From the IMG/VR virus record IMGVR_UViG_3300008259_004318, positions 1 through 56,832 of that record: 56,832 nt of DNA. One strand, 5' to 3'. Positions 1 through 8,947 of the stretch are shown in pieces. The stretch is from a virus (taxonomy: Duplodnaviria > Caudoviricetes). The translations under genes were made by a program, and so were the position numbers. How positions within the stretch are numbered: position 1 is the stretch's first letter; each line of letters starts with the position of its first letter. The notes beneath the pieces were generated by a model, which saw only the letters and a program-made list of their open reading frames with translations, made no database searches and was not told where the DNA came from.

Positions 1-195
1 GCCACTAAAAATGGTGAACCATGTGATATTGATGAAGCAATTTTACAATATTATGAAGAATTTTTACCTTCAAAAGAAACATATTGGGAATCTGAACACC
101 TTTATCAACATTTAGATCAAGTTTTATCGTCAATTCCTTCTATTGGTAACAACGACATACTACTAGAATACTCAACAGAGTTATTTCATAAGTGA
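1..195 (+). CDS. 3' end of a hypothetical protein (partial, begins before the window)
   Basis: Frame 1 is open from base 1 (ATKNGEPCDIDEAILQYY...) to TGA at 193-195 and converges on uvrC. Not in the ORF track. Confidence 0.6.
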   Translation, partial: ATKNGEPCDIDEAILQYYEEFLPSKETYWESEHLYQHLDQVLSSIPSIGNNDILLEYSTELFHK

Positions 196-1455
196 TTTAC
201 TACGTTTTTTACGGTGAAATGTAATAACAAACCTGTGAACCTCATCTTGAATGGTTGCAAGTAGGTTAAAAAACTTAGAATTCTCAAATTTTACCGTATT
301 TCCATCAATAAAATGTAAAATATCTGACTTGTGAGACGAATTTTTACTAATTGACACTAAATCTACCCTATCAAGTATAGAAAGTTCGTTAAAAACCCTA
401 TTTGCTACCCCTAATTGACCCTTACCACCATCAATTATAACCATATCAGGTAGTTTTTTCTTCTCTGATAGTAATCTTTGGAACCTACGACGTAAAACTT
501 CATCAAAAGAAGCATAGTCATCAGGACCTTCTACTGTTTTTATGTTGAATTTACGGTATTCAGAGGTGTTTTTCTTACCATTAGTATATCTAACTAAGGC
601 AGACACCTGACAATCACCCCCTGTATGGGAGTTATCATACATTTCTATGTCAATTGGGGTGTTTTTTAACCCATAAGTGGTCTTAAAGTCGTCTGCAAGT
701 ACCAAATAACCACCAATTCTTGTAGTTTCAACACATTTTTCATACTTATTTAGTGCATCTAACCTAAATTTGATGTCATTTGCCTTCTCAAACTCCATAT
801 TCTTACTGTATTTACCCATCAAACGGGATAACTTACCTCTATATTGATCAATTTTATAAGAAATTAGGTTTTTTAGGTCAGAAATGGTGGAGTTGTAGAC
901 AAATTTATTGATATTACCAACACATGGAGCGTCACATCTACCCATATGGTACTCTAAACAAGAGGAGAACTTAGTATTTTCGACATTTTCAGGTGTAATA
1001 TCATAAGAACATGACCGTAAATTAAATATATCATGTAATAAATCATACATTTCATAGCAAATATTACTACTTGTAACACAAATTAAGGGGTCTGAGTCTA
1101 AATTTGTCTCATTTTTTACTTCTAAACGTGGAAAAACCTCATTTGATAGGGTTAAATACCATTTTTTTGACCGATCATCCTTTAATTTGATGTTAAATTT
1201 AGGTTTATGGGTTTTAATTAAGTCATTTTCAAGTGTAAGAGCGGAATTTTCGTCCAAAGTTGTCAAAAAATCAACATCTGAGACGTTTTCTACTAATAAT
1301 TTGGTCTTATCTGAGTGATTTTTGTTAGAAAAGTACGATTTTACCCTGTTTGGAAGGTATTTTGCCTTACCAACATAGATAATTTGACCTTTTTTGTCTT
1401 TAAAAAGGTAGCAACCACTAGATTTTGGGATATTTTTAAGTTTTTCTTCTAACAT
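181..1455 (-). CDS. uvrC: UvrC-like excinuclease (GIY-YIG + UVR + RNase H-like endonuclease; no C-terminal HhH)
   Basis: N-terminal SSGCYLF...IIYVGKAKYLPNRVKSYF, Cys cluster, FEKANDIK UVR motif, YDNSH, GPDDYASF, IIDGGKGQL, IQDEVHRF. Confidence 0.9.
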   Translation of the reverse strand: MLEEKLKNIPKSSGCYLFKDKKGQIIYVGKAKYLPNRVKSYFSNKNHSDKTKLLVENVSDVDFLTTLDENSALTLENDLIKTHKPKFNIKLKDDRSKKWYLTLSNEVFPRLEVKNETNLDSDPLICVTSSNICYEMYDLLHDIFNLRSCSYDITPENVENTKFSSCLEYHMGRCDAPCVGNINKFVYNSTISDLKNLISYKIDQYRGKLSRLMGKYSKNMEFEKANDIKFRLDALNKYEKCVETTRIGGYLVLADDFKTTYGLKNTPIDIEMYDNSHTGGDCQVSALVRYTNGKKNTSEYRKFNIKTVEGPDDYASFDEVLRRRFQRLLSEKKKLPDMVIIDGGKGQLGVANRVFNELSILDRVDLVSISKNSSHKSDILHFIDGNTVKFENSKFFNLLATIQDEVHRFVITFHRKKRSKSLMK

Positions 1456-1512
1456 TTAGGCTAAAATACAACTTTTTTAGGTAAAAACCAACATTTTTGA
1501 CTATTTATTAGT

Positions 1513-2061
1513 ATGAAAATCATAATAACAGAGTCACAATGTCAAAAATTGGTCGAAAATATTGAAATAATTGACAATATTTTAGATAAATTAGGTAAAA
1601 TTGGGTACGAAAACCTTGAAAATGACGAAAAAATGACCCTAAATAGGTACTCAGAGTGGTTAAATTCGGGTAAAAAAGGTGAATTTATGGGTGAAATTAC
1701 CCCTAAAAACACCGATTTTGAGGCTAAAATAGGTGAAAAATTTACAACAAATATGAGTGATGATAGTGAATTAACTTTTACATATGATTACTCAGATATA
1801 TTAAAACACGAAAACATACATTACGGTACTGTAAAATGGCACGGAGAAGAATGGATAGGTCTAATTGCAACAGATAAGAATGATAAAATAACTGAAATTG
1901 ATTTTGTTATAGATCAAGATTTTTATTTAGATAGTGACGTAGAAAGTTTTAGTGAATATGACGACAGTAATGAAAAAAGATTACAAGACGAAATAGGAAA
2001 AGATTATAAAAGATTAGAATATTTCTTCCAAGAAGACGTTATACCTTTTTTAGTTGATTAA
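1513..2061 (+). CDS. hypothetical protein, putative virion-associated
   Basis: 182 aa ORF; MKIIITESQ leader; TATTTAT at 1502-1508. Confidence 0.7.
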   Translation: MKIIITESQCQKLVENIEIIDNILDKLGKIGYENLENDEKMTLNRYSEWLNSGKKGEFMGEITPKNTDFEAKIGEKFTTNMSDDSELTFTYDYSDILKHENIHYGTVKWHGEEWIGLIATDKNDKITEIDFVIDQDFYLDSDVESFSEYDDSNEKRLQDEIGKDYKRLEYFFQEDVIPFLVD

Positions 2062-2658
2062 ATCGTTAGTTTTAAGGTAATCAAATAAAGACTTAGCCAA
2101 CTTTTCACCAAATTTTATGTCGCTTGGGTAATGTGCCTTTGCCATTTGTCTTGAATAAACAATATCATCTTTAATTTTTTTTAATTCATTTTTTAATTTA
2201 GGGTATTTGTGAGATAAAACTAAATATATTAGATTAGATTGTGTTGAATGTCCTGACGGGTATGCAAAACCTTCCATAGATTTTAACATGGGGTCTGTTA
2301 AATTTGGATCAACCCTAAATGGTCTAGGTCTTTTATAGAAGTTTTTTAACTCTAATATTATATATCTTACATCATTAACTAATTTATTTATTAATTTAGT
2401 TTCATTTATGTTTTTTTCTTCTAAAAAGTCTATGAAGTTTTGTGGTATATTATCTTTTTCTTGTACAAATCTTTTTTTAAGATCTATTTGTTTTAAGTAT
2501 TGGATTTCTTTTTTTGTTTCTTTACTGTTGTCAGATGGGGGAGGTAAACTTTTGAAATTAGATAAATCAAATTTTTTAAATAAATTTTTTGTAATAATTT
2601 TATTTTCATTTAATGACATAAGTTTTTTAATTCTAAAAATTTCTTCTTTTAATTGCAT
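2050..2658 (-). CDS. PAP2-superfamily (acid phosphatase/haloperoxidase-type) phosphatase
   Basis: All three PAP2 motifs: KNFYKRPRP, YPSGH, SRQMAKAHYPSD. Confidence 0.88.
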   Translation of the reverse strand: MQLKEEIFRIKKLMSLNENKIITKNLFKKFDLSNFKSLPPPSDNSKETKKEIQYLKQIDLKKRFVQEKDNIPQNFIDFLEEKNINETKLINKLVNDVRYIILELKNFYKRPRPFRVDPNLTDPMLKSMEGFAYPSGHSTQSNLIYLVLSHKYPKLKNELKKIKDDIVYSRQMAKAHYPSDIKFGEKLAKSLFDYLKTNDLIN

Positions 2659-2687
2659 ATTTTATAAATATCAAAGTATTTATTATT

Positions 2688-3113
2688 ATGATTACAAAAA
2701 AAGATTTTTTGAATAGAGGTATTGTGCTAACAGAACAAAAAAATTCTAACAATGATTTTGCAACCATGATATCATTATTATTACATTCAAGAACGCAAGC
2801 ACATACATTACATCTTCAAACAGAATCATACCCTGAACATATGGCATTAAATGGTTATTATGATTCTATTGGTGATATTATAGACGGATTAGTAGAATCA
2901 TATCAAGGTAAATATGGTATTATTAAAGGTTATAAATCTTTTGACATTGTGGAATATAAATCTACTGAGTCAACAATAAAAATATTAAAAGAACTTTGTG
3001 AAAAAGTAGAAAAATTAAGAAATTGTTGTAAAGATTCTTACATACAAAACCAAATTGACACGGCCTGTGAGCTAATCAATTCAACATTATATAAACTAAA
3101 ATTTTTAAAATAA
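2688..3113 (+). CDS. ferritin/Dps-like four-helix protein (DUF5856-like)
   Basis: QAHTLHLQT...HMALNGYYD...DGLVESYQGKYG...IQNQID...TLYKLKFLK pattern, typical of this phage family. Confidence 0.7.
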   Translation: MITKKDFLNRGIVLTEQKNSNNDFATMISLLLHSRTQAHTLHLQTESYPEHMALNGYYDSIGDIIDGLVESYQGKYGIIKGYKSFDIVEYKSTESTIKILKELCEKVEKLRNCCKDSYIQNQIDTACELINSTLYKLKFLK

Positions 3114-3118
3114 AAAAA

Positions 3119-3682
3119 ATGAAAAAAAGACAAATTTTATTGAGCGAAAGAGAATTTTTCAATTTAATAAAAAGAATTGTAAAAGAAGCGCAAGAAGAAG
3201 AAATGGACATGGATATGGACATGGATATGGACATGGATATGGACATGGATATGGAAGATGAAGAAATGTCTCCTGTAGAAATGATTGCACAATGGTTTGA
3301 AGATGAGGGTATTTTAGATTTACCTGAAAGAAAACTTGACAGAATTGAAGATAAAATAGAGATGATTAAATCAAGATCTTTAAGAGAAAGAAAACTTTAT
3401 GAGGATGAAGATATGGGTAGAAAAAGACCTAGTTTCTCTTCAAGAATGATGCAATATGGTGGTGGAGTAATGACACTTGCTGGACTTATGGGAGTTGTTG
3501 GTAATGCAATGGGTTGGACCGACACCGAAGTTTCTCAAAAATTAAACGAACTTACAAGTGTCTTAGGTGATACATATGAAGTTGGTCCTTTGAGTGTTGC
3601 TATGTTGGCCGCAGGTATTGGTTTAGCGTTAGCGGGTAAAGCAAAGGCTTACAACGAAACTGAAAGAAATAAAAGAAAATAA
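3119..3682 (+). CDS. hypothetical membrane protein with (MD)n repeat
   Basis: 187 aa; two hydrophobic Gly/Ala-rich segments in the C-terminal half; LIKRIVKE leader. Confidence 0.7.
   Translation: MKKRQILLSEREFFNLIKRIVKEAQEEEMDMDMDMDMDMDMDMDMEDEEMSPVEMIAQWFEDEGILDLPERKLDRIEDKIEMIKSRSLRERKLYEDEDMGRKRPSFSSRMMQYGGGVMTLAGLMGVVGNAMGWTDTEVSQKLNELTSVLGDTYEVGPLSVAMLAAGIGLALAGKAKAYNETERNKRK
3203..3250 (+). repeat. coding tandem repeat (ATGGACATGGAT)x4
   Basis: Perfect 12-nt unit, four copies, encoding (MD)8. Confidence 0.95.
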
Positions 3683-3699
3683 ATTCAATCATTATTTTA

Positions 3700-3726
3700 A
3701 AAACCCTTCTTTATGAAGGGTTTTTT
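3700..3726. terminator. bidirectional intrinsic terminator
   Basis: AAAACCCTTC-TTTAT-GAAGGGTTTT hairpin with A and T tails between convergent genes. Confidence 0.75.
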
Positions 3727-4052
3727 GTTTCTCTTTCTTTTAAATAAGAATTTAAAATTTTTAAAACCTCATCTATTTCCTCTTTTTCTTCGTCACTAAC
3801 AATTTTTATTTTTTTCTTTTCATATAAAAACTTATGAAAGAAAAAATAATGAACAGTGATTATTGAAAAAAAAGACACTATACTTAAATTAAAAAAAATT
3901 AAAAAAGGTACAAACATAAAAAATAATGAGCTAAAAAAATTAAAGTTTTTTGAATTAGAATATGAAAGTAATTTATAATTTAAAATAACTCTTTTTAATT
4001 TAGGTGTTGAGCAATCTTTATAAAGTTCAGCTTCTTTTTGAATTTTTGACAT
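3711..4052 (-). CDS. hypothetical membrane protein
   Basis: 113 aa with a Phe-rich double hydrophobic segment; TATATTTG promoter element upstream. Confidence 0.65.
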   Translation of the reverse strand: MSKIQKEAELYKDCSTPKLKRVILNYKLLSYSNSKNFNFFSSLFFMFVPFLIFFNLSIVSFFSIITVHYFFFHKFLYEKKKIKIVSDEEKEEIDEVLKILNSYLKERETKNPS

Positions 4053-4067
4053 AATATTAATTTTCTA

Positions 4068-4075
4068 CAAATATA
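4068..4075 (-). promoter_or_regulatory. Bacteroidota housekeeping-sigma -7 element (TAnnTTTG)
   Basis: TATATTTG on the minus strand about 15 nt upstream of the ATG at 4052. Confidence 0.6.
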
Positions 4076-4099
4076 TAAATAATTTTTAAAACAAAAAAA

Positions 4100-5440
4100 T
4101 TATTGGAGATTTGCATCAATATTTTTTCCAATTTCTTTATATATTGGAAGGTGTCCGTGACAGTTTTCAACATTACCAATTGGTGGGTCAATTACCGTAA
4201 CTCCCAAATCCTCAAATTTTTTGTAATAGTTATCGACGGTTGATTGTTTTGTATTTTTAAGAATACAATACCCCGCAGAACTACATGGTATTTTATTACC
4301 GTATGTCCCTTGAACCACCAATAACTTAGCGTTAGGAAATTTTTTATTTATCACATTTACTAAGTTTTTTACATCATTTGGACAATTTTCTTGATAAAGA
4401 TCATTAGTTCCAATTGATATGACTACGTTTTTAACATGTGGTTCAACTAATGGATGATTATTAACATAATTGTAAAGAGTATCTTTATCCTTACTAACAC
4501 AAGAATAAATAGAAATTCCACCTTTTTGTAATTTACCAAACCCTTCAGTCCCCGGTCTTCTTTTTGCTCTTGTTTGTGCTTCAACGTAAGGACAAGTTGA
4601 GTCTCCGATTAATAAATCAACTGGAGTATCTGAAACAGCATCTTCTCCTGTATTAATGTCTGTACTTATGTTTGTATTATTACATGCACATTCTCTAACC
4701 CACTTTCCTTCTTTTTGTCTTCTTCCAGGATTCGCAGTTTTTGACGCTATAGCATCTGCGACTGCACAATAATCTTTATTTTTTGCGGCATCTAACATAT
4801 CTTGATACCTATATCTTAAACCAGTACCATAATTATACAATACGGAAACCATTGGTGCTAAAACACATGCTGGTATTTCATTATATATTTCTTCGCCAAA
4901 TTCTTTTTTTAAATCAGGAAGATAAACATCTTTTATTAGTCTTTTTAAATCTCTATCGGCGTCTTCTTTAGTAACCCTATAATCGATCCACTTTACTCCG
5001 TATTTATTTTCACCCGGTGGATGAGTACAATATTCATAACCTAAAGGTGAATCACAAGTATGGTTTGGAGGTCTTTGATTTGGTAAATACTCAAATGTCC
5101 CGTCACTATAAGTTGTGGTCATACTACCATGACCCATTCTAAAATTATTAATGTCCCATCTCATATATTCAATAAACCCTTCTTCTGCGATTAAGATAGT
5201 CTCTATTTGTTCATCTAAAGACGCGTCACAGGTTGTTTCGTAAACTTTTGATTCACCTAATTCACCACTCCATTTTCCAATAATTTTTCCAGGTACATCA
5301 GTATCTGATTTTGTAAAATCAATACCAACATTTTGATCAAATGGTTTTCCTGTGTCTGGATTTTTCACACCTGAAAGTCCACCTAAAACTATTTCAGTAA
5401 TAACACTGCTAAGACTATTTATTAATTTATATTTTGGCAT
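4100..5440 (-). CDS. lysozyme-like (GH24-type) domain fused to an SGNH/GDSL hydrolase-like domain
   Basis: N-half EEGF...RWD...GHG...YNYG...RRQKE resembles phage lysozymes; C-half has LLIGDS, ISIGTND and a late His. Confidence 0.65.
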   Translation of the reverse strand: MPKYKLINSLSSVITEIVLGGLSGVKNPDTGKPFDQNVGIDFTKSDTDVPGKIIGKWSGELGESKVYETTCDASLDEQIETILIAEEGFIEYMRWDINNFRMGHGSMTTTYSDGTFEYLPNQRPPNHTCDSPLGYEYCTHPPGENKYGVKWIDYRVTKEDADRDLKRLIKDVYLPDLKKEFGEEIYNEIPACVLAPMVSVLYNYGTGLRYRYQDMLDAAKNKDYCAVADAIASKTANPGRRQKEGKWVRECACNNTNISTDINTGEDAVSDTPVDLLIGDSTCPYVEAQTRAKRRPGTEGFGKLQKGGISIYSCVSKDKDTLYNYVNNHPLVEPHVKNVVISIGTNDLYQENCPNDVKNLVNVINKKFPNAKLLVVQGTYGNKIPCSSAGYCILKNTKQSTVDNYYKKFEDLGVTVIDPPIGNVENCHGHLPIYKEIGKNIDANLQ

Positions 5441-5488
5441 ATTAAATAAATATACATTAAAGTAAGTATTTATATAAATAAGATTTTT

Positions 5489-5821
5489 ATGGAAAAAGAA
5501 AACCTTTACGACCCAAACCCAAAATTAGAAAAACATGATAGAATAGTTTTGGTTAGTATGGATGGAGATGACGTTCCACCCCTTTCAAAAGGTGTTGTAA
5601 TAAAAAATCTTAATAACCCTGAAGAATTGAAGGGTGAAATGCAAGAAGATGCGTATTGGGTTGAATTTTATGATCCTGATACAAATGAATTTTTAAGTAA
5701 AATTAAATTATTGGCAGATGCAGATATTTGGTTATATGATATCGATTATTATCAAAATGAACATCTAAAGGAAAGTCTTTTTTTTATTACTAAAAAAAAT
5801 ATAAATAAAGTAAAATTATAG
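5489..5821 (+). CDS. hypothetical protein
   Basis: 110 aa ORF after TATTTAT (5467-5473); first gene of a tight operon. Confidence 0.7.
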   Translation: MEKENLYDPNPKLEKHDRIVLVSMDGDDVPPLSKGVVIKNLNNPEELKGEMQEDAYWVEFYDPDTNEFLSKIKLLADADIWLYDIDYYQNEHLKESLFFITKKNINKVKL

Positions 5822-5823
5822 TT

Positions 5824-6339
5824 ATGAGAGGTTTTGTTGGAATGACACCAAAAGAAAAAGAAGACATTATGAAGTTACACAGTAAACCTTATAATGGTTA
5901 TGCTATAGTAAACCCTAACCCAAATGTATATACACCAATTGAATATAGTTCTGCAAGAGACACAAAAGGTATAACGTTAGATAATAAAAATAACCCTTCT
6001 GTGTATAAAAATTTTGGGGTTAATGAAATTGCGGCAAAAAATCTTCATTATGATGAAATTGAACCGGCATATGAATTTGATTCAAGTGGACCTGGAGATG
6101 AAAATTTAGGTTATAATGTTTATTCACAAACAAAACCATCTTATGATTTTGATTCCAAAGGACCTTCAGATCCTTACTATGGTGGAGGATATCAAACAGG
6201 AGAGGAAGATTCAAAAAAACAAGAATTTGATTTTGATACAATAGATTTTGAAGAGTATATTGATGATGTCGATGGTATTGAAAATTTAAAAGAGAGTGTT
6301 TTTAAAACATTAAAAATGATTGAAAAAATTGATAGATAA
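5824..6339 (+). CDS. hypothetical protein
   Basis: 171 aa; internal repeat EPAYEFDSSGP / KPSYDFDSKGP; EKEDIMKLH leader. Confidence 0.7.
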   Translation: MRGFVGMTPKEKEDIMKLHSKPYNGYAIVNPNPNVYTPIEYSSARDTKGITLDNKNNPSVYKNFGVNEIAAKNLHYDEIEPAYEFDSSGPGDENLGYNVYSQTKPSYDFDSKGPSDPYYGGGYQTGEEDSKKQEFDFDTIDFEEYIDDVDGIENLKESVFKTLKMIEKIDR

Positions 6340-6342
6340 AAA

Positions 6343-6648
6343 ATGGAAGTTGTTGATATTATATCGCACCATATAGATAAACTACAAAATATTATTGTTG
6401 TTGAATTTAAATGTCTTGGTGATGATGAGGATATCGTAAGGGAAGATTTTATTGAATATTCTTTTTTTGAAGAATTTGGTTTTAATGAAAAAGAAAATTT
6501 TGAAATATTTGAATCAATGTTTGAAGATGATGTTGATGAATGGGAAACCGACGAATATGATTATGTTGATGAGTATAAACTAATTTCTTTTTTAAATGAA
6601 TATTACATTGTTTATCCAAAAAAAATACCAAAACCAGAATATAAATGA
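6343..6648 (+). CDS. hypothetical acidic protein
   Basis: 101 aa ORF tightly coupled to its neighbours. Confidence 0.7.
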   Translation: MEVVDIISHHIDKLQNIIVVEFKCLGDDEDIVREDFIEYSFFEEFGFNEKENFEIFESMFEDDVDEWETDEYDYVDEYKLISFLNEYYIVYPKKIPKPEYK

Positions 6649-6983
6649 AAAAAATAAATGAAGATATAATTAGGATTAAAAATCTAATGGACCTAAAAGA
6701 AAATGAGGATGGTTTAGAAGATTATTATAAACAAAAATATACCGGACAAGATGGTCCTCATGATGAAGATGATATGGCTCCTCACGGTATGGATGATGAT
6801 ACTGATTTAGGTGAAAATGAATTATCTGAAGATGACGCGGCTGCAGCATCAACAGGAGGGGCGGCATACCCAACTGTTACCAAATGGGATAGTGGGGTTG
6901 CAAGAGGAAAAGGAAACCCAATTGATTTTAAAAAAAAATGGGAAAGCGCATTAACAAGAGGTAAAGGAAATACTTTATTATGA
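6645..6983 (+). CDS. hypothetical protein with duplicated W-x-S-x3-RGKGN motif
   Basis: KWDSGVARGKGNPI / KWESALTRGKGNTL; ATGA overlaps on both sides. Confidence 0.7.
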   Translation: MKKINEDIIRIKNLMDLKENEDGLEDYYKQKYTGQDGPHDEDDMAPHGMDDDTDLGENELSEDDAAAASTGGAAYPTVTKWDSGVARGKGNPIDFKKKWESALTRGKGNTLL

Positions 6984-8926
6984 AAACACAAAAATTAAAT
7001 GAAGAAATAATTAATCAGTTAAGATTAATAAATTTTGATAGGTCTAAAACAATATTGGAGCAAAATCAAAGAAGAGTTTCCATAGAAGGTAGAATTTTTA
7101 ATGGAATTGACGGAAACCCTTGTGAATCATGTAATGTTACTTTATATGTAAACAACATTGATACAAATAAAGTTTTAAATCATGAATATTATGAAAATAA
7201 ATTTTATAGAACGTCCTCTGTTGCTGAAACCCAAACCACTTCTGAAGGTTATTATGGAATAACCACATATATTGAGCCGGGACCTTATGCCATCATAGCA
7301 AATGGTGCAACCACATATGATTACACTACTGTTTATTTTAATGTTGTAAAGTCTGGAACCTACAACATTGACATACAATTGGCAAAAGTTGTAAAAAACT
7401 TAGGGGAGATCACCGTATGGGGTGATCCTAAAATGAAGGCCTTACAAATAAAATTTGACGATTTACAAAAGTATTATAACATTTTAATGGATACTAATTG
7501 GTCAAATAATACCTATAATTATAGTTTCCCTGACCCATCAAAATTTGCGGACAATATAAATGGAGTAAAAGATATGAAACCATATGTCAATACTGTACAA
7601 AACGCAGTAAATGAGTTAAGTGTTAAAATTAAAAAAGGTGAAAAATATTTGAAGGGGGCTAAAGAATATGTTGATATTAAGGGATTGAAACCTCTTGATG
7701 TTCTAAGAGATTTTGGAACACAAAATGCGTATACTATTATGCATAGTCTTTATAGTGTTGGTGGAGACGCTGTGAATTTATGGAGAGAATGGCATAACAA
7801 TGACGGTCAATTTTTTGACCCAAATAGATACGAACTATCAAAAGAAGATATTGAGTATATAAAAAATATGGAGTCTAGAAAAAAGGCAGTTTTTGATAGA
7901 CAAGTTAAGTCGTTCGTAGAATTGTATCATAAGTACTCACCATATGTGGCATTAGTTTTATATTTTGTACCTGGAGGTCAGTGGTTTGCTGTTGGTATTG
8001 AAGCTGTTGACGCTATTTTATATGCAACATATGATGAAGATTATTATATGGCGGGATTATGTATAGCATTAACGGCAACAGGTGCTATTGATAACGTACT
8101 TTTATCGTATCCAGGAAGTAAACAAGCTATTGCCAATTACATTAAAAAAACAATGTCTAAGTCTTTGATAACTAAAGGTATGAGAGAAGGGGTAGAACTT
8201 TTAATTAAAAACGGAACACCAAAAGTGGTTTCTAATTCTTTAAAGTTCGCTGCTAAATTTATATTAGGGTTTTTTAAATTAATGAGTAAAAGTGTTGAAG
8301 CCTTTTTTATAGGATTCAAAAAACTTTGGAGTGTTTTAGATTATTGTCCTGGTTGGTTAAAGACATTATTAAATATGGTGAAGAATATGGCTTTTCAAAT
8401 CGGATCTGCGGTTTGGACATGGGATTTAATTGCCGATTATATGGGGTTATGTAATACTTCTCCTTTTGCTGATGCTGCTAAAAATTGGAACGATTCTGAA
8501 CATTGGTGGATAACTAATCTTCTTTTAGGTGATATAATAGTACCTTATATGGGTTGGGCACAGGCTTGGACAGATTCGTGTCAAAAACTACAAATTTTAA
8601 AGGCGGCAGATGGTTTTATTTCCGATTTATCTGAAGATAGAAAAACAGCATTAAAAGACGCATCAAACGCAGAACAAAGAACTAAAGAACAACAAGAATT
8701 GATAACTTCGGCGGCGACAAATATAAACTTAACAAAAAAGGCATATTCTGATAGTTTGGATTTAGCAAAAAACCAAGCACTAAAACAGTGGGAGACAGAC
8801 TCGACCGCTATAGCCGACCAAGTAATAAACGACACCGAAATATTTAATATAGTTTTAATAGAATCATTGTATAGTGGAGGTTCAGAATTAGAAAAAAGTA
8901 CAGGTCTAAAAATAAAAGACCAATAA
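6980..8926 (+). CDS. large putative virion protein (transthyretin/carboxypeptidase-regulatory-like N-domain, hydrophobic helical C-half)
   Basis: SIEGRIF...CNVTLY...TTSEGYY...PGPY beta-sandwich pattern; amphipathic/hydrophobic segments at about aa 320-500. Confidence 0.6.
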   Translation: MKTQKLNEEIINQLRLINFDRSKTILEQNQRRVSIEGRIFNGIDGNPCESCNVTLYVNNIDTNKVLNHEYYENKFYRTSSVAETQTTSEGYYGITTYIEPGPYAIIANGATTYDYTTVYFNVVKSGTYNIDIQLAKVVKNLGEITVWGDPKMKALQIKFDDLQKYYNILMDTNWSNNTYNYSFPDPSKFADNINGVKDMKPYVNTVQNAVNELSVKIKKGEKYLKGAKEYVDIKGLKPLDVLRDFGTQNAYTIMHSLYSVGGDAVNLWREWHNNDGQFFDPNRYELSKEDIEYIKNMESRKKAVFDRQVKSFVELYHKYSPYVALVLYFVPGGQWFAVGIEAVDAILYATYDEDYYMAGLCIALTATGAIDNVLLSYPGSKQAIANYIKKTMSKSLITKGMREGVELLIKNGTPKVVSNSLKFAAKFILGFFKLMSKSVEAFFIGFKKLWSVLDYCPGWLKTLLNMVKNMAFQIGSAVWTWDLIADYMGLCNTSPFADAAKNWNDSEHWWITNLLLGDIIVPYMGWAQAWTDSCQKLQILKAADGFISDLSEDRKTALKDASNAEQRTKEQQELITSAATNINLTKKAYSDSLDLAKNQALKQWETDSTAIADQVINDTEIFNIVLIESLYSGGSELEKSTGLKIKDQ

Positions 8927-8947
8927 TATTTATAAAATAAAATTGTT

